Assembly: GCF_001194135.2 (NCBI RefSeq)
Contig: NC_068990.1
Span: 39,424,075-39,461,010 of the forward strand
DNA: 36,936 bases
Origin: Octopus bimaculoides
Taxonomy: Eukaryota
Direction of reading: 5' to 3'
The position numbers were made by a program, and so were the translations under genes. Below are positions 1 through 10,604 of this stretch, piece after piece (positions within the stretch are counted from its first letter, which is position 1; each line of letters begins with the position of its first letter). The notes under the pieces are model-generated. The model had not been told where the DNA came from. It saw only the letters and a program-made list of their open reading frames with translations, and ran no database searches.

Positions 1-28
1 ATATATATATATATATATATATATATAA
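1..28. repeat. (AT)n microsatellite
   Basis: Pure AT dinucleotide run at the window start. Confidence 0.95.
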
Positions 29-267
29 TAGGTAAGGATGTAAGAAAATTAAGAAATAAAAATAGAATAGAGTAAAAAGGCGGAAACGTGAAAGCTAAAA
101 GTGAAATTCTATTCCCAGGGAGTCTGTAACAAGGTAAATTTATCTGCGAGTGGATATATTTCTTCCGCCATATTAAAAAGTAACGTTAATTCCTATAGTT
201 TTGTTGTTAGAATTTTATCGATTTCTAATAACTTGTTGATTTTTGTTTCATTGTGTTTTGTCGTGGT

Positions 268-486
268 AAGGCAGTCAGCTGGTAGAATTGCTGATGACCC
301 GGGCAAAATGCTAAGCGGCATTTCATTCGTATTTATGTTCTGAGTTCAAGTTCCACCGAGGTCAACTTTGCCTTTCATCCTTTCGGAATTGATAAAACAG
401 GTACCAGTCAAGTACTTGGGTCAATGAAATCGACTAGCCCCCTCCCCTAAAGTTTCAAGCCTTGTGCCTATTGTAGAAATGATTAG
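268..486 (+). mobile_element. tRNA-derived SINE, family A, near full length
   Basis: Head AAGGCAGTCAGCTGGTAGAA, B-box-like GAGTTCAAGTTCC, body GAGGTCAACTTTGCCTTTCATCCTTTCGG...GTACCAG...GGGGTCAAT...CCTTGTGCC. Same family recurs at 9558/10605, 26716 and 28670. Confidence 0.85.
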
Positions 487-675
487 GTCTTATTGTGATA
501 CATTGATTGCTTGTTTGATTGTTTATCATTTCTTAAGAGTTGTGTGTATGCATTTATACGTGTCTGTGCATTTGTATGTGTGCGTGTATGTGTATGTAGA
601 TGTGTGTAAATACTATTTTGGCACACACGTATAACCACAGCACTTAAATCTTGTCATGTGATCATATTGGAAATA

Positions 676-1200
676 ATGAAGTTTTACAAGAAGAACTGCT
701 TACATATTTATGAGGACACACTTATTTTGAACCTTATTCAAAGGAAATCTAAACTGTCAAATATTTACTGACCAACAAACGTTATAATGACAGGCTGAAA
801 CAGTATTTCTTAAATTCCTTCGGTATACCAATGCTACAAACTCTACTAAACACTTCTGCACCACAGAAATATTCAAAATTGCATGCGACCTCCTCTTAAT
901 TGTTTGGAAGACACTGCTTCTCCTCATCTTGTAATTAATCTGTATCAGTTTATGAATCACTGGCAAAAAAACTTTACCTAGTTATTCCCGCACTGAGATG
1001 CCACCCGCTTGAATTCCTCTAAATGTCTAGATTTATCTTAGAAACAGACCAAAATATGACTTTAAAAACAGGTGTATAAACTACCTATTCAGATTTTTTT
1101 AATGTTATTTTACCCCTAACTGGAAAAAGGGGTTTTGCTCGAAACATTAACATTGTTTCTTTTTCCACACGGTCTAATAAACTGAGTTTGGTTAATATCT
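676..1200 (+). mobile_element. Decayed 3' end of a Penelope-like element (possible endonuclease C-terminus, 3' region, degenerate hammerhead)
   Basis: 676-771 reads ...CLHIYEDTLILNLIQRKSKLSNIY*, loosely like PLE GIY-YIG C-termini. At 1120-1148, CTGGAAA-AA-GGGG-TTTT-GCTC-GAAAC resembles a decayed CTGATGA...GAAAC core, followed by TTTCC...GTCTAATAA. Confidence 0.35.
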
Positions 1201-2781
1201 TTATAAATGTACATCTATTCTTTTTCTACAATCATTACATCTGGACATAACATCTGGACATTACATCCGAACATCAGAGGCGTCAATTTTGTTACTCTGG
1301 AAAGATGCGCAAATGTGAGTGATTTTTGTTCAGACGTTTTTTACCTGAACAAAACCAAAAAGTAAAAGACTTAGAGTATCAATGGAGTGAAACATGGAGT
1401 GAAACATGGAGTATTAGTAATAACGAAGACTGTCTGAGTAATCTATAATTACATATATGCATAGATATGTATGTATACATCATATATATATATATATATG
1501 TATGTATGTGTGTATGTGGCTGGGTGTAAAAGTATTTTGGTATACACGTAAATATATACATATATACGCACAAAATATGTATATATGTATGTACATATGT
1601 ATGTATAAAGATAAATTGACACATAAGTAAAAGAACAAAGACAGAAAGAGATTTGCATGCATCTGTTTGTGTGTGAGGGGCGGGGTGTACTGAAAGCAAT
1701 TATGGGGTGAACGTATGTATGTATGTTATATGTATGTATGTATTTATATATGTAAGTATGCATGCATGTATGTGTGTTTATGTGTGCATGTGTGCGTATG
1801 AATGTCACCGTTTAATTACATTTTAATTGAGTCTATTACTTTAGAAAATCTATCCTGACCTAACATCTGTACGATATAACCCCAATTATAACACTGTTAT
1901 ATATATATATATATATATATAACGAAACTAACAGTAGAGATTCTCTTCGAATTCAATTTACTATTAAAAAGAAATAAAAGNNNNNNNNNNTCTATCCTGA
2001 CCTAACATCTGTACGATATAACCCCAATTATAACACTGTTATATATATATATATATATATATAAGGGTACAGTTAGTGTATAATGGAAGATAAATACCGT
2101 TAACTATTAAAAGGAAATAAAATGCTGCATATAATAGACTTGGTTTATAAAAATGGTTTCATTGACTTTTATTTGTTGCATGTTTCAATACAATTTCTCT
2201 TGAAAACCCTTTCCTTTGCCGAAAAATTATAACAAAATAATGTCTATTTTTATGCCTATACGTTTGTATACCCAAATGCATAGATACATACATATATACA
2301 TATATCTTTGTATGTGCGCCTTCGTATGTGTTATTGCGTTTATACATACATACATGCATACATACGTAAATACATAGATACATATATACAAACATACTTG
2401 TTAGTATATAGGCTAACGAGGGTTCTACAAATTCGGTTACATACCGGTCATATGCTGTTTCGGGTGTAAAACCGAAAAAGGGCAATTTGTGTCACCCCCA
2501 CGCCGCCTTCTATGCTCACAATTGTTATTGAGATTGTCAGTTTGTATTGTATCTGATTGTCAGTTTGTACTGAGTGTTGGCTCCAACATACATGATCTAA
2601 TCCCTGTATCGAATTGCTTTCATGAGCTCGATCAAAGCTGAAAGGAAGATAGAAAAAGGTCTAAGCAATTTGGTATCCCAATCATAATTTAGCTCAGACC
2701 ACAAATTAATTAAGCAATATACTTTACTTTACGCCATACATTGAGTACTTTCTTCTTTTGTTGACAAACTGCAGCATCTGC

Positions 2782-2785
<4 letters not shown>

Positions 2786-2830
<45 letters not shown>

Positions 2831-2835
2831 CGTGC

Positions 2836-2890
<55 letters not shown>
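2786..2890. repeat. Compound (GT)n-(AT)n microsatellite
   Basis: Direct reading. Confidence 0.95.
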
Positions 2891-2894
<4 letters not shown>

Positions 2895-3030
2895 CATTCA
2901 TATATATACATACATACGTACATGCGTACACAAACACGCACACACATACACTCATGTATGCATGTTTAACACAGTGTTTGTATTTTTGTATACACATTTC
3001 TCTTTGATAATCAGGTATGTGAATATATAC

Positions 3031-3084
<54 letters not shown>

Positions 3085-3344
3085 TCGTGCGGTTGTATGT
3101 GTGTCTGAACGCGCGCGCACCTCAGATATTTCAATAAATGGCAATAAATGTTCAGTTTAGTGAAATATAAATTATATGAAAATATTTAAGAGAGAAAAAA
3201 AAATAACGAAGAAAAATGCGAAAAAAAATATAAACCAAAATTAAAACAAAAATATCCTTTTGAAAAACAAAAACAAAATATTAAACATTATTAAACGAAA
3301 TACATAAAACGAAATACCGAAAAATAAAACATTATTATTATCGT

Positions 3345-3419
3345 TATTAACCCTATCATTATTTTTGCTGTTATTATTATTATTATCATTATTATAATTG
3401 TCATTATTATTATTATTAC

Positions 3420-3461
<42 letters not shown>

Positions 3462-3500
3462 AATTACTATTGTTGTTGTTGATATTATTATTATTACTCT
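3345..3500. repeat. Imperfect (ATT)n microsatellite
   Basis: Direct reading. Confidence 0.9.
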
Positions 3501-4186
3501 TTGATATATTCGAAAATAGGGAGGCATAGAAATTGATTCATTATTTCAGCATCTTTTGACATTTCGCTACTAATCAATCGGTAATACCCTATCATTAGTT
3601 CCTTAGTTACACAAAATGGTAAGCAATGAATTTGAAAAATCCGCAATATTATTATGCAAAAAGCCATGCTAATTACTGAATCCCACCCACCCACCTCCAT
3701 CACCACCATCCCCATCCTGCAAAGAAATTGCAACGACAACCGAGTCTGGGATAGGGTGGTGTAGGGTAAGTCTAACGTATAACATTTAGCTGACAAGCTT
3801 TAAAAATTTCGAAATTTAAAAACACTATATATATATATGAAATAAAATAAAATTATGAATATATATATATATATTTAGATAATTTCAAACAGGAGACAAG
3901 AGAAAACTTTTAATAGATAATGAGGAAAATACCATAGGCTGAAGCAAACTGTGCGTGTAAACTTACACATATGTACAGACACTGACATACGTACTGCTTG
4001 CACAAATACAGTCAGTATATATACAACGGCATTCAAAACTATAATGACTACGCATAAGCAGAGACAAAAAAAGATCAGCCATGTGTATACGCATAAATAT
4101 TATACATACATGGTTTGGTTTTTATAAATGTGAGGGATACGACTCGATTCATTAAGTTAAGTATATGCTAAGCAAAATGCATAATT

Positions 4187-4435
4187 AGAGAAGAGCTACA
4201 CAAGTAACTCGGTGGTCTAGAGTTTCTTGTCAGTGTAGAGCACAAAACACTGGGTTCATAGCTATACAAGTATATAGGAAATACAAGCAAGCAACGCTCA
4301 GAGTAGTCGGAGTTTCTTGGCGTTAGCCTTACACGACAACTGATGAATGCTTGCAGGGACCTTGAATATTGATTGGAAATCGGCTGACTTCTTATCTTTG
4401 GCTGCAAGGAAACTCCAAGAACTGTATGTGAGTAT
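4187..4435 (+). mobile_element. Family D repeat (PLE pseudo-LTR-like) with degenerate hammerhead-like core
   Basis: About 90 bp (TAGAGAAGAGCTACACAAGTAACTCGGTGGTCTAGAGTTTC...) is homologous to 5722-5810. CTGATGA at 4340-4346, GAAA at 4376-4379, then near-palindromic TCGGCTGA at 4380-4387. Confidence 0.45.
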
Positions 4436-4540
4436 TCTATAGTTGTATTTTATGTGAAATATAGTCTTCAATTTCAATTATATTGAGGTCTTCTGTAGTT
4501 GTTACATACGTGGTTAATCGTTATGTGTGTGCGTGCGTCG

Positions 4541-4865
4541 GAGACCCCTTTCTGTCATGACCGACCATGGGATTGCACCTAGAAAGTTACCCTCCCAGAC
4601 ACAAGTCTGGGCAAGGTTGTTTATGGAAAACCAGTAGTCGCCCATGCATACCAGCCTCCCTTTTCCACGCCACCGATGTTATCCAAGGGCTTATACAGCT
4701 TGGCACCAGTGACGTCGCAACTCATTTCTACAGCTGAGTGAACTGGAGCAACGTGAAATAAAGTGTCTTCCTCAAGAACACAACACACAGCGCGGTCCAG
4801 GAATCGAACTCACAACCTCACGATCGTAAGTTCGACGCTCTAACCACTGAGCCATGCACCTTCAC
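4541..4865 (-). mobile_element. tRNA-derived SINE with CORE-like central domain and tail type 1
   Basis: Minus strand: A-box TGGCTCAGTGG, B-box GAGTTCGATTCC, then TTGTTCTTGAGGAAGACACTTTATTTCACGTTGCTCCAGT (CORE-like). Flanked by TGTGCGTGC at 4528-4536 and 4866-4874 (9-bp TSD). Confidence 0.9.
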
Positions 4866-5213
4866 TGTGCGTGCATATGTATGTAGTAAATATGTATACA
4901 GAGAAAAAAGACAGAAAGAAAGAGAGAGAAAGAGAGAGAGACTGAGGTGAAACAAAAACACAAGACAGGATAGGTTCGCGACCAAAACTATTAGTCTGGC
5001 ACACAGAGAAAAAGAAGTTAATTAAAATGATGTTTAGAGCATTGTCCATTTTCAGAATAGGGCGTAGGATGGAAAGGAAAAAAGAAATACAAGGAAGAAT
5101 CCGAAAAGAAAACGAAAATTTAAAGGAGCAATCAAGGTGAAAATGTGCATGCAGAACTTGAACACTTGCACAACAGCACCTAGTAAGTTGCTTAGTATGT
5201 TACAATAATGTCT

Positions 5214-5541
5214 AAAGGTGCACTCCGTCGATTACGACGACGAGGGTTCCAGCTGATACGATCAACGGAACAGTTTGCTCATGAAATTAACGTGCAAGTG
5301 ACTGAGCAATCCACAGACACGTGTACCCCTAACATAGTTCTCGGGGAGATTCAGCGTGACACAGAGTGTGACAAGGCCGGCCCTTTGAAATACAGGTACT
5401 ACTCATTTTTGCCAGCTGAATCGACTGGAGCAACATGAAATAAAGTGTTTTGCTCAAGGACACAACGCGTCGCCGGAAATTGAACTCACGACTTTACGAT
5501 CGCGAGCCGAATGCCCTAACCACTAAGCCATGCGCCTTCAC
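5214..5541 (-). mobile_element. tRNA-derived SINE with CORE-like domain and tail type 2 (tail shared with family B)
   Basis: A-box TGGCTTAGTGG, B-box GAGTTCAATTTCC, CORE-like TTGTGTCCTTGAGCAAAACACTT. 13-bp TSD TACAATAATGTCT at 5201-5213 and 5542-5554. Confidence 0.92.
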
Positions 5542-5721
5542 TACAATAATGTCTTAGGTAGACAAGCAGCCAAACATCGGATCGACCAAAAATTCCGTCC
5601 GTTTCCTTTTTGAATTTTTTAAGCTAAGATAAGACACACTGTTTCCTTCCAGTATCTTCTGCCATCTTGTGAGTAGATCTATTATTTCCTGCTTACTATG
5701 TATTAAGTAGAGTAGTATGTA

Positions 5722-6311
5722 TTTAGAGAGAAGCTCCACAAGTGACTCGGTGGTCTAGAGTTTCGTGCGATTGCAAAGCACGTAACACTAGACGCTTTTG
5801 TGTTTCAAGTATATATTAAATACAGAAAAGTACACACTGCAATAAAATCTGTTATAACAGAATATCCACGTTTAACTGAGGATAAATATTACCTCTCGGT
5901 ATTAATACTGCCTCTGTCGCTAATAAATATTTTTTTAACAAGCTAAAAGGCTATTCACAACGCCAATGCCTCTTCTGGCACTGATTTTCTATATATCACT
6001 AGCGGAGAGATGAGTCGCTGCTATTTCTAACGGTCGAGTGTCCATCACTGATGAGATCAAAGGAGATCGACATCACGTGATTTAGTGGTCTCAGCGCTGG
6101 AGTTGGTGAGGATTTATCTCCTCGCTGGCGATATAAACAAGCAAGCGTGCATTCTGTACCAAAACCTATATGAGAGTTTCTTTCGTGGTAAATACCGCAT
6201 TAAAGTCTGTTTTAACAGAACATCTACGTTTAAGGGGGAATAAGTATTGTCTCTTGGTATTAGTACTGCTTCCTGTCGCTAATGTGTATTTTTTAACAAG
6301 CTAAATAGCTA
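5722..6311 (+). mobile_element. Family D repeat, partial tandem (~358 bp period) containing a hammerhead-like motif
   Basis: 5722-5810 is homologous to 4187-4270. A ~113-bp direct repeat (about 80% identical by eye) lies at 5840-5953 and 6198-6311, with a hammerhead-like core between the copies. Confidence 0.55.
6042..6088 (+). ncRNA. Degenerate type I minimal hammerhead ribozyme-like motif
   Basis: CCATCA (stem I), CTGATGA (6048-6054), GATC-AAAGGA-GATC (stem II), GACA (GAAA expected), palindromic TCACGTGA (stem III), TT, TAGTGG (stem I, one mismatch). Confidence 0.45.
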
Positions 6312-6332
6312 ATCTTAAGCTATTTATTAATT

Positions 6333-6409
<77 letters not shown>

Positions 6410-6410
6410 C
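6333..6410. repeat. (CA)n-(CATA)n microsatellite
   Basis: Direct reading. Confidence 0.9.
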
Positions 6411-8313
6411 ACCATTTAAAGACCTTCATGATTATAATAATTATTTCTAGATCAGTGCAAGACCACAAATATTTTAATGGAGCTGAGGATTTTTTTAATT
6501 GCTTAAATCGACTTGTCATTACTTTTCCTGTCTTTCTCAACTGATATTCAAATATGCTAGAGATGACGAAGAGTTAAAGGAGAGTCGTCTGTCCTTACCC
6601 CTTTCAATTTCCTCTTTTTGGCAGTGAAAACTGCCATCCTCTATTACTAAAGGAATATGATGGTTGGATGTTCAGCATGAACTCGGCTGACATTCATCTC
6701 CGTAATATGTGGACACTGAAAAATTGTATGGTGGAAGGTTACTTAGTTTTACTGCATTTTGGACACGTCCAGTTATTGGGGGCTATAACTGTTTTACTGA
6801 CCGTACCTCTAAATAACAATGAGAAGTTTTCAAAGTTATCCCCGGCTAGAAAGAGTACTCATACAAATGTTCAGCTTTTTAGACCCTTATCTAGAAAAGC
6901 TCCGAAGGGACTATCGCTCATGAGAAACCCTTTATAAAATCAGTTTACCTTTAATGTAAAACCAATTAAGAGAAGAGTGATAGGTTGAGGTATTCGATGA
7001 AGGCAACGGAGTCAGCACCAAATTTTCTAATTCTCGAAGGTGCCACAGCCGCAGTTCGTCCCCGAGAACTATCAGAGACAGAAACGTGTGCCATTACCCG
7101 ATTCAGATTGGCTGAAACAAAACAGGAAATTCTTCATAAAAAGAAACTATCACTTCTGCAACGTATGGTATATATTAGGTAAGCAATTACTCTTATTACA
7201 TACCAATAATCCAGACTTGCGTCCACATCATTTCATAATATCGAATATTTGAACTCGCTTTCCATTGCGTAGCGCTCGAACTTGTTCCATTATGTTAAAC
7301 ATTTCAATTATGTATCCGACTTTGTTTTATAGCTACGGTTGTTCAGAGTAGCAATGGAATACACGAACACTCTTAGAAACAGAATAATATATAATATCAG
7401 CTTTCAGCTGAAGTACAAAATCTCATTGGCTAATTAAAATATTTATTTCTGTATTATAAAGGTGGGTTTAATTACTTCTAATATTTTCAGCATCAGAAAT
7501 AACAACCGTAAAATGAAAGTAAGACTGAGGTTTGGTTAACATTATTGTCTGGCCCAGCAAGCGAGACAATCACGATGTACTATGTCTTCTTCGCCGTCTA
7601 TTAGGTAATCTCTCTTAAAATAATTCATAATATTGGGATTGTATCAGTGAGGTGGAGAAATATATTGACATTTTGAGGCTTCAAGTATTAGAGAAACCTG
7701 TAGAAGACAGAAATTATTGATGTTCAATTATTACATGATGTATAGAATATGGAATAAAATAATTAAATATATTAATATAGGGGATAGAGAAAATAATGAT
7801 GGGCAGGTTTCAAAACGTGTTTTGGAATATCGTGCAGGAATGTTACGTTGGTTACAGAGCTAATGAGCAAAAGATATGGATATGTACGCATGTGTTTGAG
7901 AGAGATAGATAGATAGAGAGAAAGAAAGAACGCCAGAGAAAGTGAGGGAGAGAGAGAGGGAGAAAAGGAGTGAGAGTTACATACGGTAATATGTAAGCAA
8001 TATGTAAGGAAGCTCCCACCGAGAAGAAACTGCCATGTTGCTTCCATGACTCTAAAAATTCAACAAACACCACTTAAATTATTGATGCATTTAAGAAACC
8101 AAAAGCTAGCCTCTACGGGGTAGCTTGATCTTGTAGAAAAGGCAAACAAATCGACACAGATTACATCCTACTCTTCCGTAGCAATGAAAGAACACATTAG
8201 GAAATGCATCCCTACATATACCTTAAACGTCAGAATGGATGTGGCGAGGAAGCCTTCGGGTTAAATAACAATAAGGTATATGATACAACATTTAATTTCA
8301 ATGCTGACAATAC

Positions 8314-8382
8314 ATCTATCTATCTATCTATCCATCCATCTATCCATCCATCCATCCATCCATCCATCCATCTATCTATCAT
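8314..8382. repeat. (ATCT)n/(ATCC)n tetranucleotide repeat
   Basis: Direct reading. Confidence 0.9.
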
Positions 8383-8694
8383 CTAAATGCATATATTTAT
8401 TCACGTTTATACATATATACACACACACATATACATGTGTGTGTATTCATATGTATATATACCAATACATTTATGCATACACTCACATATATGTACGTGT
8501 GTGTGTCTGTGTGTGCGCGGCGGGTGTAGAAATATCTTAATCAAAAAGAATAAAGAATATTTGCATAAAATTACTGGCAGAAGATATCGTTATGTTTCAT
8601 CTACTGTCTGTCTATTCAGCCGGTGCTTATAGCAGCAGAATCAGAACTAGTAGCAACAACAGCAGCAGTAGCACCAGTGATAGTAACAGCGGTG

Positions 8695-8731
<37 letters not shown>

Positions 8732-9120
8732 TATGCTACGGTGGTGGATAAGTACAGCCAGCTGAGACGAGCAAACAAAAATACGGGAGCTAAGGGAATG
8801 CGTGCGTCCAAGTGTATGTATATGTGGTATATGTGTGTACATGAGTATATGTATGTATGTACGCATGCATGCATGTACGCATTTGTTTATTACGTATATA
8901 TGTATGTATGTTTGTGTATATGTGTGTTCGATATTGGTGATGCAGCCCATCGACACCCAGAGTGTCTCGCTACATGCTGCGTTTCAGATAAGAAACATTA
9001 ATAGCTTTAATCGCCCGAATGATCGCACGTAGGGCTGTAATAAACACAGAGAAAATCAAACGAGCGTTAATTGGAATTTCCCGTTCTTATTATCCTCATA
9101 TCAAATATTTCTATATGTAT

Positions 9121-9532
9121 TTTTTTTCAAGTTCATCATTGTCTTTACCATAGAGTTTTAAGTCAGTCGTATAAAAATAAATGGCTTATTTTCTTGTTGA
9201 TAATCTTACAGCCATATTTTGTTCTCTTTAGGTCACTTGAAAGGGATATTAGAGCTATGCAAAAAATAAGAGGTTGAAAATGAGTCACCTTGGAAAATTT
9301 CACAGTTGATGCTAATATTGTTTGAAGCTGGTACGCCATTTGTATCATATAATTGGAGACTCGTGTTCCACAATGACATATGCTTCAGAAAGTTTGAAAT
9401 TGCAGGAGAAATTTTGAAAATGTCAAGCGATTTCAGGATCCAGGATGTGGTAGGCTGTCAGAAAACCTTTTTGTAATCAATCCATGTGAAGCTGAGATTT
9501 TTGCTCTTGTTATGACAGTTCTCAAGGATCAT
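9121..9532 (-). pseudogene. Decayed non-LTR retrotransposon reverse transcriptase fragment, R4/Dong-type
   Basis: Manual translation across frameshifts: MILENCHNKSKNLSFTWIDYKKVF/DSLPH/SWILKSLDIFKISPAISNFLKHMSLWNTSL...NCEIFQGDSFS/PLIFCIALISLSSDLKRTKYGCKIINKKISHLF../DLKLYGKDNDELE. This matches the WIDYKKAFDSVPH, GIFQGDSLSPLLF and ISHLLYMDDLKLY motifs of RLE-type R4/Dong RTs. Confidence 0.88.
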
Positions 9533-9557
9533 GCGATTATTATTATTATTATTATAT

Positions 9558-9645
9558 AAGGCGGCGTGCTGGCAGAATCGTCGGCTCACTGGAAAAAATG
9601 CTTACCAGCAGGTCAACTTTGCCTTTTATCCTTACGGGATGGATA
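9558..9645 (+). mobile_element. SINE family A, 5' half (internally deleted), interrupted
   Basis: AAGGCGGCGTGCTGGCAGAATCG...AGGTCAACTTTGCCTTTTATCCTTACGGGATGGATA stops where the family continues into AATAAGTACC. That continuation is found at 10605. Confidence 0.8.
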
Positions 9646-10045
9646 TATATATATATATATANNNNNNNNNNNNNNNNNNNNNNNNNNNNNNNNNNNNNNN
9701 NNNNNNNNNNNNNNNNNNNNNNNNNNNNNNNNNNNNNNNATATATTGATTTCAAATTAATAATAAAAGGGTAAAATTAATTAATTAAATTAATCAATCAA
9801 TTAGTTAATAATTTTACCAGGTAGATCGCTACGCTAAAATAACCTTTATAGGTAAAATCATACAAATATTTTATAATTATAAACATAATTATAATTAGGG
9901 GGTCAGCTAATTGCTTCACCACATACCGAATTTAGAAATAAGAGTTAAAATTTTCTTTTCAACTACCGTAAGAATCTCCCATACAAGAACACACTTTCTT
10001 TTACGTAGGCAAAGAGAAAAATAATCAATCAACACGGCTCCGATT

Positions 10046-10105
10046 AACTACACACGCGTTTCGAGATTAACGTATTCAATTACTTACTTTTCATCATCAG
10101 CATAG
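10046..10105 (-). ncRNA. Hammerhead ribozyme motif, left-arm copy, probably inactive
   Basis: Minus strand CTGATGA-T-GAAA...TCTC-GAAA-CGCG-TG. The cleavage triplet is GUG rather than NUH. Confidence 0.5.
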
Positions 10106-10359
10106 CATTTCCAATATAAAATTTGAAAGTGCTAGGGTTAAATATGCACACGATGGAGCGACATCGTGCAACAGATATCCAACCAGCACTTCCAAAATTT
10201 ACACAGCCGAATGTGAATACATGTTTATCCCTTGTACCCACGTGTATGGGATAAATATGTATTCACATTCGGCTGTGTAAATTTTGAAAGAGCTGGTTGG
10301 ATATCTGGTGCTCGATGTCGCTCGGTCGTGTGCATATTTAACCCTAGCACTTTCAAATT

Positions 10360-10417
10360 TTACACTGATGATGAGAAGCAACAAATTAAGAACTTTAATA
10401 TCGAAACGCGTCTGTGG
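10360..10417 (+). ncRNA. Type I minimal hammerhead ribozyme (PLE-type), right-arm copy
   Basis: TTACA, CTGATGA (10365-10371), extra T, GAGA...TATC (stem II, one mismatch), GAAA (10403-10406), CGCG, TC (GUC site, cleavage after 10412), TGTGG pairing with TTACA. GAAACGCGTC is typical of PLE hammerheads with palindromic stem III. Confidence 0.7.
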
Positions 10418-10604
10418 CTAATCGGAGTCGTGTTGATTCGTTATTTTTCTCTTTTCCTACGTAAAAAAAGTGTATTACTGTCTGGGAGATTCTTACGGTA
10501 GTTGAAAAGGAATTTTTAACTCCTATTTCTAAAATCGGTATGTGGTGAAGCAATTAGCTGACCCCCTAATTATAATTATGTTTATAATTATGGAATATAT
10601 ATAT

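Larger units (their letters stand above)
9866..10598. repeat. ~730-bp imperfect palindrome (head-to-head inverted duplication of a PLE-like terminal region)
   Basis: Arms of about 350-370 bp align at roughly 90% by manual count, with a 14-nt insertion in the left arm. The centre is the self-complementary CACGTG (10239-10244). The distal 57 nt (9873-9929 vs 10535-10591) are identical. Confidence 0.95.

Noticed and set aside
291-297. CTGATGA near the window start
   Set aside because: Lies inside a SINE head with no downstream GAAA or stem architecture.
1849-2122. Apparent 132-bp tandem duplication
   Set aside because: The identical 50 bp plus (AT)11 sit on either side of a 10-N gap. The first copy has ~39 nt of scrambled sequence of matching length after the AT run. 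This is typical of a low-quality read end and contig overlap, so an assembly artefact is likely.
7040-7184. Candidate exon ending at a strong AG|GTAAGC donor (7179)
   Set aside because: No recognisable protein, weak acceptor and no partner exon. Would need RNA-seq.
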